Of a DNA stretch of 64,000 bases, positions 42,215-53,366 are shown one piece after another. Location: the NCBI GenBank assembly GCA_963804165.1, contig CAWDPO010000009.1, positions 64,001-128,000 on the forward strand, written 5' to 3'. The stretch's first letter is position 1, and every line of letters begins with the position of its first letter. A program made the translations under genes and the position numbers. The notes under the pieces are model-generated. The model was not told the origin of the DNA. It saw nothing but the letters and a program-made list of their open reading frames with translations, and did no database searches. This DNA is from an uncultured delta proteobacterium. GTDB taxonomy: Bacteria > Desulfobacterota > Binatia > UBA9968.

Positions 42215-43239
42215 TCATCGCAACTTGAAAACTTCCTTCCATATTTTTTCGTACTTATCGTACTGCTTTAGATCTTCCACCCCTACCGCGTAAATCACTT
42301 TCGGTCGATATTGGCTCGGTGGGTTCGACTTTTGGGTGAGCCGGCGTCCTGCCGCCCTTGGAATATACCGTCTGTCCTTCTTCGGACGCCGCCCAGCGGT
42401 TAAAAAGCCAAGCCGTATTCGGGTGCGGCGCATTTTTCATCACCGCCACTGCGATGATTCCCGCGGCACCCTCCGTCAACATATAGTCGACGGGCGCGCC
42501 CTTTCGCTTGCGCTCCGGATAATGGTGCGAATAGCAGGTAAAACATGCCGCGGCCTGTCCGGCGACCAAAAATTCCGCGAGCTGCGAATGGCCTTTGTGG
42601 AATTCGACATTGTTCGCGGCGATCCGAGCCAGCACAGCGCGACGCCTTTTCCAAACTCTTATGCTTATGGGTGAGCCCGATCGAGAACCTCATAGTCTCG
42701 TGGTTCAGCGATCAATCGCCCTTTCCATCGGGGATCGCCGAAATCGTCGAGCGCTTTCGGTTCCTCCTCTTTCTTGACCTTGTCCGGTGTTCCACGCGCC
42801 GATAAAGAAAATCAGGTTGTTGGCAGCCCAATAACGATCCTCTCAAGTTGGCCGGGTAAGCGGTCGTTTCAGGCGGAGCTTTCTCCAAGATCAACCCCTG
42901 GGCGTGAATTTTGCTGATATCTTCCAAGCCGAATTCCACGACGTCCGCGATGGTCTTACCGCCGCGGGCCTCGGTGATCGCGCGCGCCGCGAGCTTGTCC
43001 GAAGTCGCGTCGACATGATTGATCTTGATTCCCGGAAAGCGTTTCTCGAATACCGGATAAATTTTCTCCGCGTTGATCTGCGCCAACGAGCAATAACAAT
43101 TGAGCACACTCCTTCCTCTTTAAGCGCCTTTTTATATAGCTCCTCGATCGTTTCGGTCTGCGCCAAGGCGTTGGCGCGAGGCCATCAACAACCCGAACAA
43201 CAGAGCTATCAGGCCGATCACATTGGATTTGGACTGCAT
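42215..43239 (-). CDS. Extracellular solute-binding protein, paralogue 3 (multiple frameshifts)
   Basis: Fragments with FPGIKINHVDATSDKL, CFTCYSHHY, IWKEVFKLR; GGAGG SD before ATG 43239. Confidence 0.78.
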
Positions 43240-43271
43240 TGTCTTCACCTCCAATCTGAAATCAGAAACAA

Positions 43272-44351
43272 TTATTTTTTTCCGGCGCCTTCAAGGCATG
43301 TCTGCAATTTGTTCTTCAAATCGCCGCTCATGCCCAGAAACTCGACGACGAGTTTGTGGATATCCTCGCCGATCATCGGGTCGATTTCGAGCTGCCCTTG
43401 TTGGCGTCCGCCATCAATTCCTTGTCAGCGAACACTTTGTCAAAGGCTTTTTCCAGCGCCGCGCGCGATCCGGCGGCGTCCCGGGCGGTACGACATAGAC
43501 TTTGCCAAAATCGTTGGGCGTGCTGGTGCCGTATTTGAGCAGAAGCCGATGCTCCTCGGTATCTGGCGAATTGCGGAATCGTCGGCACATTCGGGACGAT
43601 CAAGTCTTTGATCGGTTTTTCCGATAGCTGTGCCAAGACGACCCATTCGCCGCTTTTAATCTTTTCAAAGGAGGTTATTTTCAGCGATGTGCAGGTATTG
43701 AAGAAGCCGTCGACTTCGCCGGAATCGATCGCCATGCGAACATCGGCGGTGCCCTTGTAGCCGAAACGACTTTGACATTGGCACCGAGAACGTCACGCAT
43801 CAATGACCGGCGCGTGCTCCACTGTCGAGCCCGGAATGCCCCACGGTTATTTGCTTGCCGTTGGCACCGAAGATTTCATCGAATTTGGTACACTCCCGGT
43901 GCGTTTCGGGTTGCAATAAAAACATAGCTTTCGCTGACCGGGACGGCGAGATAGCGAAACTTGCCCATATCGTACTGAATGGCGGGATTAGCGAACAATT
44001 GCTCTAAGATAATCGGCCCTGAAATGTTTCCGATGACGGTTCCATCTTTCGGCGCGGCTTTGTAAATGTGGTTGGCGGCGATGATACTGCCGACGCCGGC
44101 CATGTTGTCGACAATCACGTTCGGGATTTCCTGGAATATACTTAGAAAGATGCCGTCCAATTAGCCGAGAATATTGGTCGTAACCGCCGCCCGCCGTGAG
44201 AATCCAACAAAATGCGCAGGGTCTTATTCGCGGTAGAAGTCGGCCACCGCTTTTTCGTCGAAGGATGACGAGCCTGGCTGCGCCGCCCAGGCAGACGCGC
44301 CGTAGCCAAGAACAGTAAGAAAGCCAAGATCCACGATTGCCTTTGCCGCAT
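43272..44351 (-). CDS. Bug/TctC tripartite tricarboxylate transporter substrate-binding protein (multiple frameshifts)
   Basis: DNMAGVGSIIAANHIY..APKDG, GYKGT, AIDSGEVDG fragments. Confidence 0.72.
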
Positions 44352-44469
44352 GGTCTCTCCTTGGTTCAACTTAAAACGGCCGTTTCTCAGTGCCTGATGA
44401 TACCCTGGGCATCCAGTTATTAGACGTAGACGGCGTGTCGCGCTTCAGACGTCATCGGCGTCAATCGGC

Positions 44470-45448
44470 CTACAAATTCTCCAACCTCTTCAAAGTCGCG
44501 CCGTAGTCCTCGACCGCCCTATCGACAGGATAATCCGGCTTCGATAGCCGAGCTGTTCCTTGGCCCGGGAAAAATCGCTCGGCAAGCGCGATTCGGGATA
44601 AGGCATGGGATTTTTGTTTTGATGAGCTCGATATTGGCCCCGGGAAATGTTCTTGCGGATCGGCATCGACGATATCGTCGCCGCTCACCGTTTCGCCATT
44701 GCCTATGTGAAAGAGCGTGTCTTTGAAGCTTGTCCTTGAGCACAGCAAGAACCGTCCCCTTGGCGGCGTCTTTGCCGTACAGAATCTCCGCCGGTCCATA
44801 AGGCCAGCCGATTTGCGCCGACTCGCCCTTGACCGCTGCGCGAATCATTTGCTGAATGGCGATCTCGCGGGTCGCTTTGAGCGCCGCCGGCGAGGGGCCG
44901 TAAAGGCCGCCGGTGTAACGAAGGCAAATAAATTCGAAGCCATACCGCTTCGCGTAAGCGCGCCCCATGAATTCGCAGCTCGGCTTTGGTCGCCGCATAA
45001 ACCGATGGCGGATTCATCGGAATACTTTCGTCGATCTTGGATACCCCTTCGCCGAGGGAACCCAAGTACACCGTGCCGGAGCTTGGAAAAACAACGCGGG
45101 AAACATTTTCCAAGCCGCGCCGCTTCGAAGACATTTACGGTGCCCATGTAGTTCAAGCGCACACCGCTATACGGGCGGCGCTGGACTTCTTCGCCCAGAA
45201 AGGCCGCCAGATGAATGATGCGGTCGCAATCGTTTTCGCGAATGCGCCGAAATAATCGCCGGCAGATCCATCATGTCGCCACGGATCAGCCTGACTTTGC
45301 TGCTATCGACGCCGACGGCACTGAGCAGCCGCTCGTTGAGGGCGACGTCGAATACCACAGGGCGCTCGCCGCGCTCAAGCAACATCCCCACCGCATAGGC
45401 GCCGACCAAACCGGAACCGCCGGTGACGAGAATCCCTTTTTTAGCCAT
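44470..45448 (-). CDS. NAD-dependent epimerase/dehydratase (multiple frameshifts)
   Basis: TGGSGLVG, GTVNVFEAA, PPSVYAATK, YGP, KDAA. Confidence 0.78.
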
Positions 45449-45624
45449 AAAAACGTTCCCTTGCGGAGAAGTGCCTCTAGTATATCAAATGGTATATTGA
45501 GTCAACGTAGCGGCAATTATTCTTGTCCGGTTTGTCGCGCAATGGCGGCATGCCTTGACCTCGTGCCTTTTTTAAGCATTATGTCAGCCGGCGCGTCTAA
45601 CAGAATGTACAGGAGGAACCGGCT

Positions 45625-46615
45625 ATGCCGTATCGTTGGACACCAGCACTTCTAACCTTCATCGCTCTTCTTGCCGCGCATTCGGCGGCGAGCGCTCAAG
45701 AAAGACTCCGGCTTGCATGGGCGGGGTTTAGCCCCACCAATAGCCCGATCTGGGTCATCGAAGATCGCAAGCTGATGCAAAAACAGGGCGTCCAACCGGA
45801 AATCATCGCGATCAGCGCCAGCCCAACCGTACTGCAAGCCCTGCTGGCGAACGAAATCGACGCCGCCAGCATTTCGGTGACAACACTTACAAGCTCGCGC
45901 CTGGCCGGCGCCGACACCGTGATGATCGTCGGAGTGGTTCCGACATTTGTCGACCACATCGTTTCATTGTCGAGCATCACAACAGTCGAGCAACTCAAGG
46001 GTAAAACAGCCGGTGTCAATCGTCTGGGCAGCACGTCTGATCTAGGATTGCGGCTGGCGCTGAAAAAACTTGGCGTTGACCCGGAAAAGGATGTCAAGAT
46101 CATTCCCACAGGCGGCGACCGCGGAGAGATTCGCGGCGCTTTCAAAGGGCGTAACTCAGTTCACCATCATCCCGGAACCTTTCTTGACCCAGGCGGAAAA
46201 ACTCGGTTTCCGCAATCTTTACAACATCACCGATCTCAAAATTCCCTTCTGGTGGAACGGCATCCTCAGCCGGGAAGCCATCGTCAAAACCAAAAGACCG
46301 CTTATGCTAAAACTGACCCGCGCAATGGTGGAAGCGATCCACATCATCAAAACCGAGAAGGAATATGCCAAAGGCCTCATTAAGAAGAATCTCGGCGTCG
46401 CCGATCCAGAAGGCCTGGAGCGAGCCTACAAGGACTATTCGAACGTGTTTCCTGAAATACCCTATCCAACTTCCGACGGCGTTAAAACCATGCTTGATGA
46501 TATGGCGCCTAAGAATCCTAAGGCAGCGTCCGCCGATCCTAGAACGTATGTCGACCTGAGCCTTGTCGCCGAGCTGGAAAAATCGGGGTTTATCAAGCAG
46601 CTCTATAAGAAGTAA
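45625..46615 (+). CDS. ABC transporter substrate-binding protein (NMT1/SsuA-like), frameshift near 46120
   Basis: Signal peptide, QLKGKTAGVNRLGS, ELEKSGFIKQLY. Confidence 0.85.
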
Positions 46616-46636
46616 ATCGCCGACAAGTACAAATTC

Positions 46637-46704
46637 TTGGAGTGTCGGAGTAATGGAGTATTGGGTCTCCGAAAACCCATCGCTCCATCACTCCGGTATT
46701 CCAA
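46637..46704. repeat. Inverted repeat of GGAGT(A/G)NT octamer units
   Basis: TTGGAGTGTCGGAGTAATGGAGTATTGG ... CCATCGCTCCATCACTCCGGTATTCCAA; related half-arrays at 49551-49577 and 54187-54223. Confidence 0.7.
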
Positions 46705-46787
46705 CCTTGCCGGCTCGGTTGAAAACGCTCGCCCGACCGCGGTAAGTGAAGCGGAGAACTTCACACACCAAAATCAGGAGGCAAGGG

Positions 46788-47623
46788 ATGGCAGAAATTA
46801 TTCTACGAGACGAACATGAAATGTTGCGGCCGGGACTCGGTCGCCTCAAAGGCAGAGTCGCGATCGTTACCGGTGCCAATAGCGGCATCGGCCGCGCGAC
46901 CGCGCGTCTGTTTGCGCGTGAGGGAGCGAAGGTGGTGTGCTGCGATATTCAGGAAACCATCTCGCCGCGCATCGACCAGCTCATCAAAGAAAAAGAAGGC
47001 GGCGATGTGGTCTTTGCCAATGTCGACGTCACTAAGCAGGAAGATCTGGACCGGATGGTGAAAGTCGCCGTCGACACCTTTGGCAAGGTCGATATACTTT
47101 ACAACAACGCTGGCGCCGGCATTCGCAAGAAAGTTCACGAACACACCGACGAGGAATGGAATTTTGTGCTGAATACCAACTTGAACGCGATGTTTCGCGG
47201 CTGCCGCGCGGTGCTGCCCCATTTATCTAAAACAGGGTAGCGGCAATATCGTCACCACCGCATCGACATTCGGCTTGCTCGCGTCGCCGGAATATCCCGG
47301 CTATTGCGCTACGAAGGCGGCGATTATCAACCTGACGCGAGAGATGGCGCTCGATTACGGACCCTTGGGAATACGCATCAACTGTGTCTGTCCCGGCGCC
47401 ATCGAGACTCCGCGCTTTCGCGGCTTTCCGCCGCAGGCCGACTCTCGGTGAAGGCATGACGGACGAACAACGCAAAACCCTGGGCGGCAGTAATAAAGCC
47501 CTACTGCGCATGGGCCGTCCGGAGGAAATCGCCTACGGGGTGTTATTTCTGGTCTCGGATGAAGCTTCGTTTGTCACAGGCCACGCGCTGGTCATCGACG
47601 GCGGCCAAACGATCGACGCGTAG
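46788..47623 (+). CDS. SDR family oxidoreductase (frameshifts near 47230 and 47410)
   Basis: [30 protein letters not shown]. Confidence 0.85.
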
Positions 47624-47630
47624 ATAAGAT

Positions 47631-47717
47631 TGTTCAAGGTTCCAGGTTCAATGTTCAATGTTCAATGTTCAATGTTTTGAGTGCGCGCTTTGAACCTTGA
47701 ACTTGGAACTTTGAACT
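47631..47717. repeat. Inverted pair of heptamer arrays (GTTCAAT)n...(TTGAACC/T)n between convergent genes
   Basis: gttcaaggttccaggttcaatgttcaatgttcaatgttcaatg ... ttgaaccttgaacttggaactttgaac. Confidence 0.8.
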
Positions 47718-48798
47718 ACTTTCGTACGACGTACCAATTGTTCTGAATATCGTGAGCCAGCTCGTTTTTTTCCACTGAGCGAAAACCGGCCTTCTCCAAA
47801 TACTCCCGCGTCTTTTCTTCGCCCCACATCGCGCCCAGCCCTTCGCCATTCTGCGCCAGCGATACGGTCATGCAGTGCATGCACGATACCGTATACAGAA
47901 ATGGACCGAGCGGATGATCCAGGTTTTTGTGAATATGACTTGACCCTTTGATGTCCTGCATCAGATAAACGCCGGTGGGCCGCAGCGTGCGGTGAATGCC
48001 GCGAAGCACGTTCAGCGGCTTGGCCTGATCGTGGACCGCGTCGAAAGTCGTTACCAGGTCGAACGCTTCGGCCTCGGCTGTTTTATCGAATTGGCTGAGA
48101 TCGGCAACGATAAACTCGATATTTCTAAGCTTCTTTTCAGCAGCTTCCTCCCACGCCGACAGAATTGCTTCGCTCGATAGGTCGATCCCGGTAAACCGGC
48201 TCTTCGGATAGAGTTCGGCGAGCCGATTGATAATCCGACCTCGGCCACAGCCGACGTCGAGCATTTGCATTCCGGCGCTGAGTCGTTGCGGCAACTGCGG
48301 AACCAACGGCACAATATGCAATTCCAGCGACGACAACACCGACTGCCCGCTATCCTCCGCCATGACGTCGTGGAAACGAGGGAATTTGGCGTAAGGCACG
48401 CCGCCGCCCTTTTTGAAGCATTCGACGATTTCCTCTTCGACCCCACCGAGCAGTGAAATGTACTGTGTGAATACACCGATATTATCCGCGCCGGCCGGGC
48501 GGGTAAGAAATGCCGCGTGCTCCGCCGGCAATGTGAACCGGTTCGTCGACGGATCGACATCAACAATGCGGCCCGTAACCATAGCGCCCAGCCACTCGCG
48601 CACGTAACGTTCATTCAGACCCGCTTTTGTTGCGATCTCGGCGGAGGTGGCCGGCTCCGTGTCGCGCATGGCGTCGAGCAAGCCGGTGCGGTGACCGATC
48701 GATAACATCAAGCACAGCGCGCCATCGTTGAGCGTAGTTAACAATCGCTCGGCAAAGGCGCCGGCTTTGGCGGAGTCAAAAGGTGAACCGGGTGTCAT
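47716..48798 (-). CDS. Class I SAM-dependent methyltransferase with N-terminal winged helix (Rv2258c-like)
   Basis: ERYVREWL, LDVGCGRG, FDAVHD, YTVSCMHCMTVSLA. Confidence 0.88.
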   Translation of the reverse strand: MTPGSPFDSAKAGAFAERLLTTLNDGALCLMLSIGHRTGLLDAMRDTEPATSAEIATKAGLNERYVREWLGAMVTGRIVDVDPSTNRFTLPAEHAAFLTRPAGADNIGVFTQYISLLGGVEEEIVECFKKGGGVPYAKFPRFHDVMAEDSGQSVLSSLELHIVPLVPQLPQRLSAGMQMLDVGCGRGRIINRLAELYPKSRFTGIDLSSEAILSAWEEAAEKKLRNIEFIVADLSQFDKTAEAEAFDLVTTFDAVHDQAKPLNVLRGIHRTLRPTGVYLMQDIKGSSHIHKNLDHPLGPFLYTVSCMHCMTVSLAQNGEGLGAMWGEEKTREYLEKAGFRSVEKNELAHDIQNNWYVVRK

Positions 48799-48816
48799 TT
48801 AAGGCCCTCCAATTGA

Positions 48817-49554
48817 TTAGCTTCCGAATACGCGACTAACTTCCGCCGCGACCTGTTCGTGCGCCTGATCTCGGCACGCGCGGCCGTGCGCGCCGAGCAA
48901 GTGTTGGAACTCCAGTTTTAACAAGCGCTCAAAGTCGGCGCGCAATGATTGGCCCGTGGGCGTCATCGCCTTGAGCCAGAAAGTTCCGATCAGCATGCGC
49001 AGCGAAAAGCCATTAACTCTAATCACTATTTCGGCGGCAAGGGTGCAGTAACTCCAGTCCGTCCAATACTGCAGGCTGTCGCAGGATATTAAAACGCCGC
49101 CATGGTTCTTAAGCAAGACGGCGCCCTCCGGAAACTTCGTCGCTTTGAATAGAAATATCTCAGCGGACGGAATCGGCAATAACGTCTCGTCGCGAAGTAA
49201 CTGTGTCGGGCGCGGCTCACGGTAACGCTCCGATCCGGGTTGACACCAGAATTCCGCGCCGTAGCGATCGACGTAATAGCGGTCATCCACACCATGATAG
49301 TAACCGATTCGAAGGACGTGCTTCACCTTGCCGAGTGTTTCCAACTGCGCTTCCGCTGGCGCCGAAAGCCGCACCGGGTTAATCAAACTGAGCTCACCGC
49401 CAGTGCGCACGATCGCCATGTTTCGATTCAACCGTATGCCGGGGCCGACGCGCGCGCTGCCGTGGACAAGATAAATATTAGGAAAGATCTCTTCGACCGG
49501 CTCGTGCGGCAAAGCCGCGGGATAAGCGGCGGGACGGATCGTTGAGCTAGCCAT
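48817..49554 (-). CDS. Hypothetical protein, metallo-beta-lactamase-like fold
   Basis: RNMAIVR, RIGYYHGVD, LISCDSLQ, LLGAHG. Confidence 0.7.
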   Translation of the reverse strand: MASSTIRPAAYPAALPHEPVEEIFPNIYLVHGSARVGPGIRLNRNMAIVRTGGELSLINPVRLSAPAEAQLETLGKVKHVLRIGYYHGVDDRYYVDRYGAEFWCQPGSERYREPRPTQLLRDETLLPIPSAEIFLFKATKFPEGAVLLKNHGGVLISCDSLQYWTDWSYCTLAAEIVIRVNGFSLRMLIGTFWLKAMTPTGQSLRADFERLLKLEFQHLLGAHGRACRDQAHEQVAAEVSRVFGS

Positions 49555-49589
49555 CACTCCCCTACCCCATCACTCCAAGCATTCTAGAA

Positions 49590-49961
49590 ATTATGCCCAA
49601 GTTGGAAAATTTCCTTCCGTAGCGAGCTCTTTGATGCGTTCGTCGAGCTGGCGCAGGTGACTCCGTCGGTCCCCCGTGCCACCTCATTTAAGAACTCCCC
49701 CAGTTAACTCTGGATATCATGTTCACGCGCGAGCATGCCGTCGATGGCATTAAGTGCCACGCGGACGAAACGCGCGACGCGCATCAGCAGCAACGGCCAT
49801 CTGGATTGCGGATTCACGAAAATTATAGCGCCAAGACAAAAAGATAGTGCTGCCGCAGCGATGGTCACGTGATTCGCTGTGACGCCGCTCGCCGGCATCG
49901 ACCTTACCAAGGGTCTGAGTAGTGCTTGAAAACGCGGCTTGAGATCGTAGACCGACGGCAT
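49590..49961 (-). pseudogene. Truncated CDP-alcohol phosphatidyltransferase (YnbA-like)
   Basis: YDLKPRFQALLRP..GVTANHVT..NAIDGMLAR, then TAA, then LGEFLNE, then similarity lost. Confidence 0.7.
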
Positions 49962-49966
49962 GAACT

Positions 49967-50854
49967 CTACGGCCGCGCCGCCGGCGCATCAGTCTCGATC
50001 ACCTTGGCAAGAGGCAGATATTCTCTTGCGAATATCTCAATGGAGTGCGCCAGATCGTCTGCTGTTCGATCCAAGTTCCGCCGCGAGCGGAGGTCGTTGC
50101 CGAACTCCAGCTGAATCGCGTCGATGCGGGTGCCGCGATGGCTGCCATAGGTCTGGGTCGTGTAGCCTCCGGTATAGCGTTGCTCGCGGCCATCGCCGAC
50201 GCCGGTGGGCGCAATCTTGTATCCTTTCAACGACATCTGCGCCAAGATACTTTTAGGTCCGTTGACGGCGTCAGCGCCGAAACGCTGCCGTAGTGCCGCG
50301 ACGCTTCTGCCATTGTTGGTACCGCGAAAAATCGTGTCCGCTACCGTGCCCTGTCCGTGAATGTCGAGCAGCAGTCCGCCGCCCCACTGGAGGCGAATCT
50401 GCTCCGAAGCTTCGGCGAGCGCCCGATGGTAATCATCGTAATAGGGTTTTGCCGCAGTGGACTCATAGGCCGCCGTTTCTGGCCGATTAGCGTCCACATA
50501 CTTTCTCTCGAAATGCGCGAGTACAAGAAACGGCCGAGCGCCGAATCGATTGCCGACCTTCAGCGCGAGCGTTTCGGCAAGTTCCGCCGTGTTGTTATCC
50601 CGTTCGGTGGTGAACTGCGGCACGCCGGCACCGCGCCGGATCGGGACTCCCGCGATCGCTTGTCGGCCGCCGTGGGGCGCGGCAATAATTATCGGCAACG
50701 TGCCCATCGCGGTGGTGAGTAAACGCGACGCTTCGCTATTCGCCGGCGGGTCGGCAAGCACCGGCGAGATAACCACCAGCGTCAACGACAGTATTGCTGT
50801 TCGTCCGCAAACCCGAAGCCACGCTACTATCGATTCCGACGTTAAATATCGCAC
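49967..50854 (-). CDS. N-formylglutamate amidohydrolase-like protein
   Basis: APHGG, DANR, LLDIHG, YTGGYTT..YG, AIQLE. Confidence 0.75.
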   Translation of the reverse strand: MRYLTSESIVAWLRVCGRTAILSLTLVVISPVLADPPANSEASRLLTTAMGTLPIIIAAPHGGRQAIAGVPIRRGAGVPQFTTERDNNTAELAETLALKVGNRFGARPFLVLAHFERKYVDANRPETAAYESTAAKPYYDDYHRALAEASEQIRLQWGGGLLLDIHGQGTVADTIFRGTNNGRSVAALRQRFGADAVNGPKSILAQMSLKGYKIAPTGVGDGREQRYTGGYTTQTYGSHRGTRIDAIQLEFGNDLRSRRNLDRTADDLAHSIEIFAREYLPLAKVIETDAPAARP

Positions 50855-50883
50855 CGCGTCTGGCCGGTAATTCCGATTCCGTC

Positions 50884-51645
50884 CTATTTCGGCTCGGGCA
50901 TTTTAGCCGAAAGCTTTTTGATGAATTCCGGCGGAAAGGGCTCGGCCTGGAGCTCGCGAGCTTTCTTTACTCTGAGCCAGGCCTCGGAATAGCGTTCCTG
51001 GTCGTATAAGGACATCGCCCACTCGCGCCAGCTCGGGGCGAATTTGGGATCGTTTTCCAGGCTCTCGGTAAACCGCGAATTGGCTAAAACAAAATGCTGC
51101 GCCCGTTCGAGCTGCCGATCCGCCGGTATTCGTGCCGCGTACGCCGAATGTACCGTGCCTAGGTCGCAGAGCAACGCCACCCGCTGGGCCGGATCCTCGA
51201 TCAGCTCACGGGCCGTTTCCAGCTGTTCTAACGCCTCGGCGAGTTTTCCTTTTTCACTCAGCACCGCGCCGAATCCCCAAAAGACGCTGTAGTTTTTAGG
51301 GTTTAAGAGCCACGCTTGATTGAAACGCTGCATCGCGAGATCGGCCTGCCGCGATCGGACCGCGGACCACCCTTGAGCCGCCAGCGTGTTGCTGCCCGCT
51401 TGCCGGTTGCCGTAACGCAGGGTCGAGTCGCGGATAAATACCTCATCGTTTTTCTTGAGATTGTCAGGCCGCGCGATCTTCGGCTGTCCGAACATTGGCA
51501 GCGATTCCGTCGCATCCGCTTGAGCACGGGCGATCGGCGAGGCAGCAAGAAGAAAAATTATTGCCCACTGCAACATTCCACGTGACAACTTCATCATAAG
51601 ACGCAGCAAACGCAATTTATGTTCCCCGTTCGTCAAAAGTTCCAT
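50884..51645 (-). CDS. Secreted TPR-repeat protein
   Basis: LPMFG, AMQRFNQAWLLNP, helical repeats; true start probably near 51597. Confidence 0.75.
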   Translation of the reverse strand: MELLTNGEHKLRLLRLMMKLSRGMLQWAIIFLLAASPIARAQADATESLPMFGQPKIARPDNLKKNDEVFIRDSTLRYGNRQAGSNTLAAQGWSAVRSRQADLAMQRFNQAWLLNPKNYSVFWGFGAVLSEKGKLAEALEQLETARELIEDPAQRVALLCDLGTVHSAYAARIPADRQLERAQHFVLANSRFTESLENDPKFAPSWREWAMSLYDQERYSEAWLRVKKARELQAEPFPPEFIKKLSAKMPEPK

Positions 51646-51761
51646 CTTCGAACTAACATGACGCGACGCGTTGTTCTAGAGATCCGTAGCGATTAGTTAA
51701 AACCGAACGTGCATGCTTCAACAGGGGTCACCCATTTTACATTTTATGGCATTGACTCCGA

Positions 51762-53207
51762 TCACGCCCAGTATGTCGTTCGATCCACGGGGATGTGCTG
51801 CAAAATTTCGCCCGGGACAAATTCTTCCAACTTGGTCCTCGCCAGCGCTTCGTCAGGACACTTCGATACCGGCGAGAACGGACGGTCGAGAGGCTTGGTG
51901 GCATCGACAATCATCGCTGAAGTCTTGCGGGCGTCTTCCATGGACGGATCGATCAAGCTGCCGCGCATGATTTCCGGGATGATCGAGATCTGGCGGTGCG
52001 GTTGCACGCGCGTCGCCAGCGCCCAAAGAATCTCCGTCGGATTGTAAACGTCGATGTCCTCGTCGAACACGAATACATTCTTGGCCCAATCCCACGTCAA
52101 CGCCGCTGCTGCTGCCCGCCCGGGATCGCCTTCACTCATTTTCTTCATCGAGATAAAAACATTAAGCAGCGCGTGACGGCCGCTCGCACATACGGCTTGC
52201 ACGCCGGGCACCGCCTCTCGGCAACGGCGCAAATAGGCGCCTTCGCGCGCCAGATCCATCCACGGCTTGTCGCCCTCCGGCGTGAGAATTGACGTATGCA
52301 TCGCGCCGCGCCGCCGCGTGATCGCGCGCACTTCGTAATGCGCCGATTGCTGAAACCCCTGCACCCCCAAATAGCCGTTCACCTCTCCGAACGGTCCCTC
52401 GACCATCCGCTGGCCCGGCAGCAACGCGCCTTCGATGACGATCTCGGCGTCGGCGGGCACAAGCAAGCGCTCGCCCCAGGTTTCCGACGGCGTAAGACGC
52501 AACGGCTCGCCCAAATAACCACCGATGATTTCGTACTCACTCACCTCGAACGGCCCGCCGTAGCAGGCGCCCATCTGATACGCGGGATGATGGCCGATCA
52601 CCGTCGCCACTGGACACTCTTCGTTGGCTTCTTCGTAGCCGCGAAAAATCCGCCACATATGCTGCAGCGTCATCAGAAAGCCGGTATGGTTACGATTTTT
52701 GACTTCCATTCGATGGTAAGAGCAATTGTATACGCCGCTGTTTCGATCCCTGGCAACGCTCGACATATCGATGTACGGCCCGCCGTCCATTTCGTGGTGG
52801 CGCAGAAGCGGTACCTCGTAAAGATCGACTTCATCATCTCGCTGAACAATCTCTTTTACCGGTGCCGCGTCTTTGCTCACCACAACCGGCCCGATCTTGG
52901 CCCTTTCGCGCCGCAAACATTCGCGCGCCATCTCCGCGCGACCGGTTTCAACAGGGACATCGAGTGCCACCTGAATCTTTTTCTGCGAATTCTCCGCGCT
53001 CATGACCAGCTTCATGTCGTTCCTTCGGCCACGTGCGTTGAGCGGCTGCTCGAAGATCAAAACCGGAAACTTTTTCAATACGCCGAGATGCTTGACGATC
53101 GCGGTGACGTCGTAGCTCATTGGATTGACGGTTTTACTAACCGTCACCACCTCGCTCGGGTAAGTCCGGCGCATGTCGTCGAGAAAAGTACGCAGGCTCT
53201 TTGGCAT
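51762..53207 (-). CDS. UbiD family prFMN-dependent decarboxylase
   Basis: DGGPYI, YHR, VPADAEIVIEG, EGPFGE, DEDIDV, WALATR, DATKP. Confidence 0.92.
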   Translation of the reverse strand: MPKSLRTFLDDMRRTYPSEVVTVSKTVNPMSYDVTAIVKHLGVLKKFPVLIFEQPLNARGRRNDMKLVMSAENSQKKIQVALDVPVETGRAEMARECLRRERAKIGPVVVSKDAAPVKEIVQRDDEVDLYEVPLLRHHEMDGGPYIDMSSVARDRNSGVYNCSYHRMEVKNRNHTGFLMTLQHMWRIFRGYEEANEECPVATVIGHHPAYQMGACYGGPFEVSEYEIIGGYLGEPLRLTPSETWGERLLVPADAEIVIEGALLPGQRMVEGPFGEVNGYLGVQGFQQSAHYEVRAITRRRGAMHTSILTPEGDKPWMDLAREGAYLRRCREAVPGVQAVCASGRHALLNVFISMKKMSEGDPGRAAAAALTWDWAKNVFVFDEDIDVYNPTEILWALATRVQPHRQISIIPEIMRGSLIDPSMEDARKTSAMIVDATKPLDRPFSPVSKCPDEALARTKLEEFVPGEILQHIPVDRTTYWA

Positions 53208-53233
53208 AGTTAGTTAGTCCAGTGCCCGGATCG

Positions 53234-53313
53234 GTCATACTGAAAATTTCATTCCTAGGCAAAATCGAGGAATCTCGCGTTGGGTCGAGATCCTTCACGT
53301 TGTTCAGGATGAC
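53234..53313. repeat. GTCAT...ATGAC REP-like palindrome
   Basis: GTCATACTGAA...GAGGAATCTCG..CGAGATCCTTC...TTCAGGATGAC. Confidence 0.65.
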
Positions 53314-53366
53314 ACGAAAACATCAGATGAAAACAGAACGCAAGAATTCATGCTTAAAAGCGGTCA

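Noticed and set aside
2417-47623. Numerous frameshifted genes as mass pseudogenisation or programmed frameshifting
   Set aside because: Single-base indels often fall in short runs and hit otherwise intact conserved genes such as thiI, and they cluster around 42-45.5 kb. Long-read consensus error is more parsimonious; needs polishing to confirm.
47631-47717. Possible CRISPR array
   Set aside because: Units are 7-bp tandem repeats without unique spacers, and there are no cas genes
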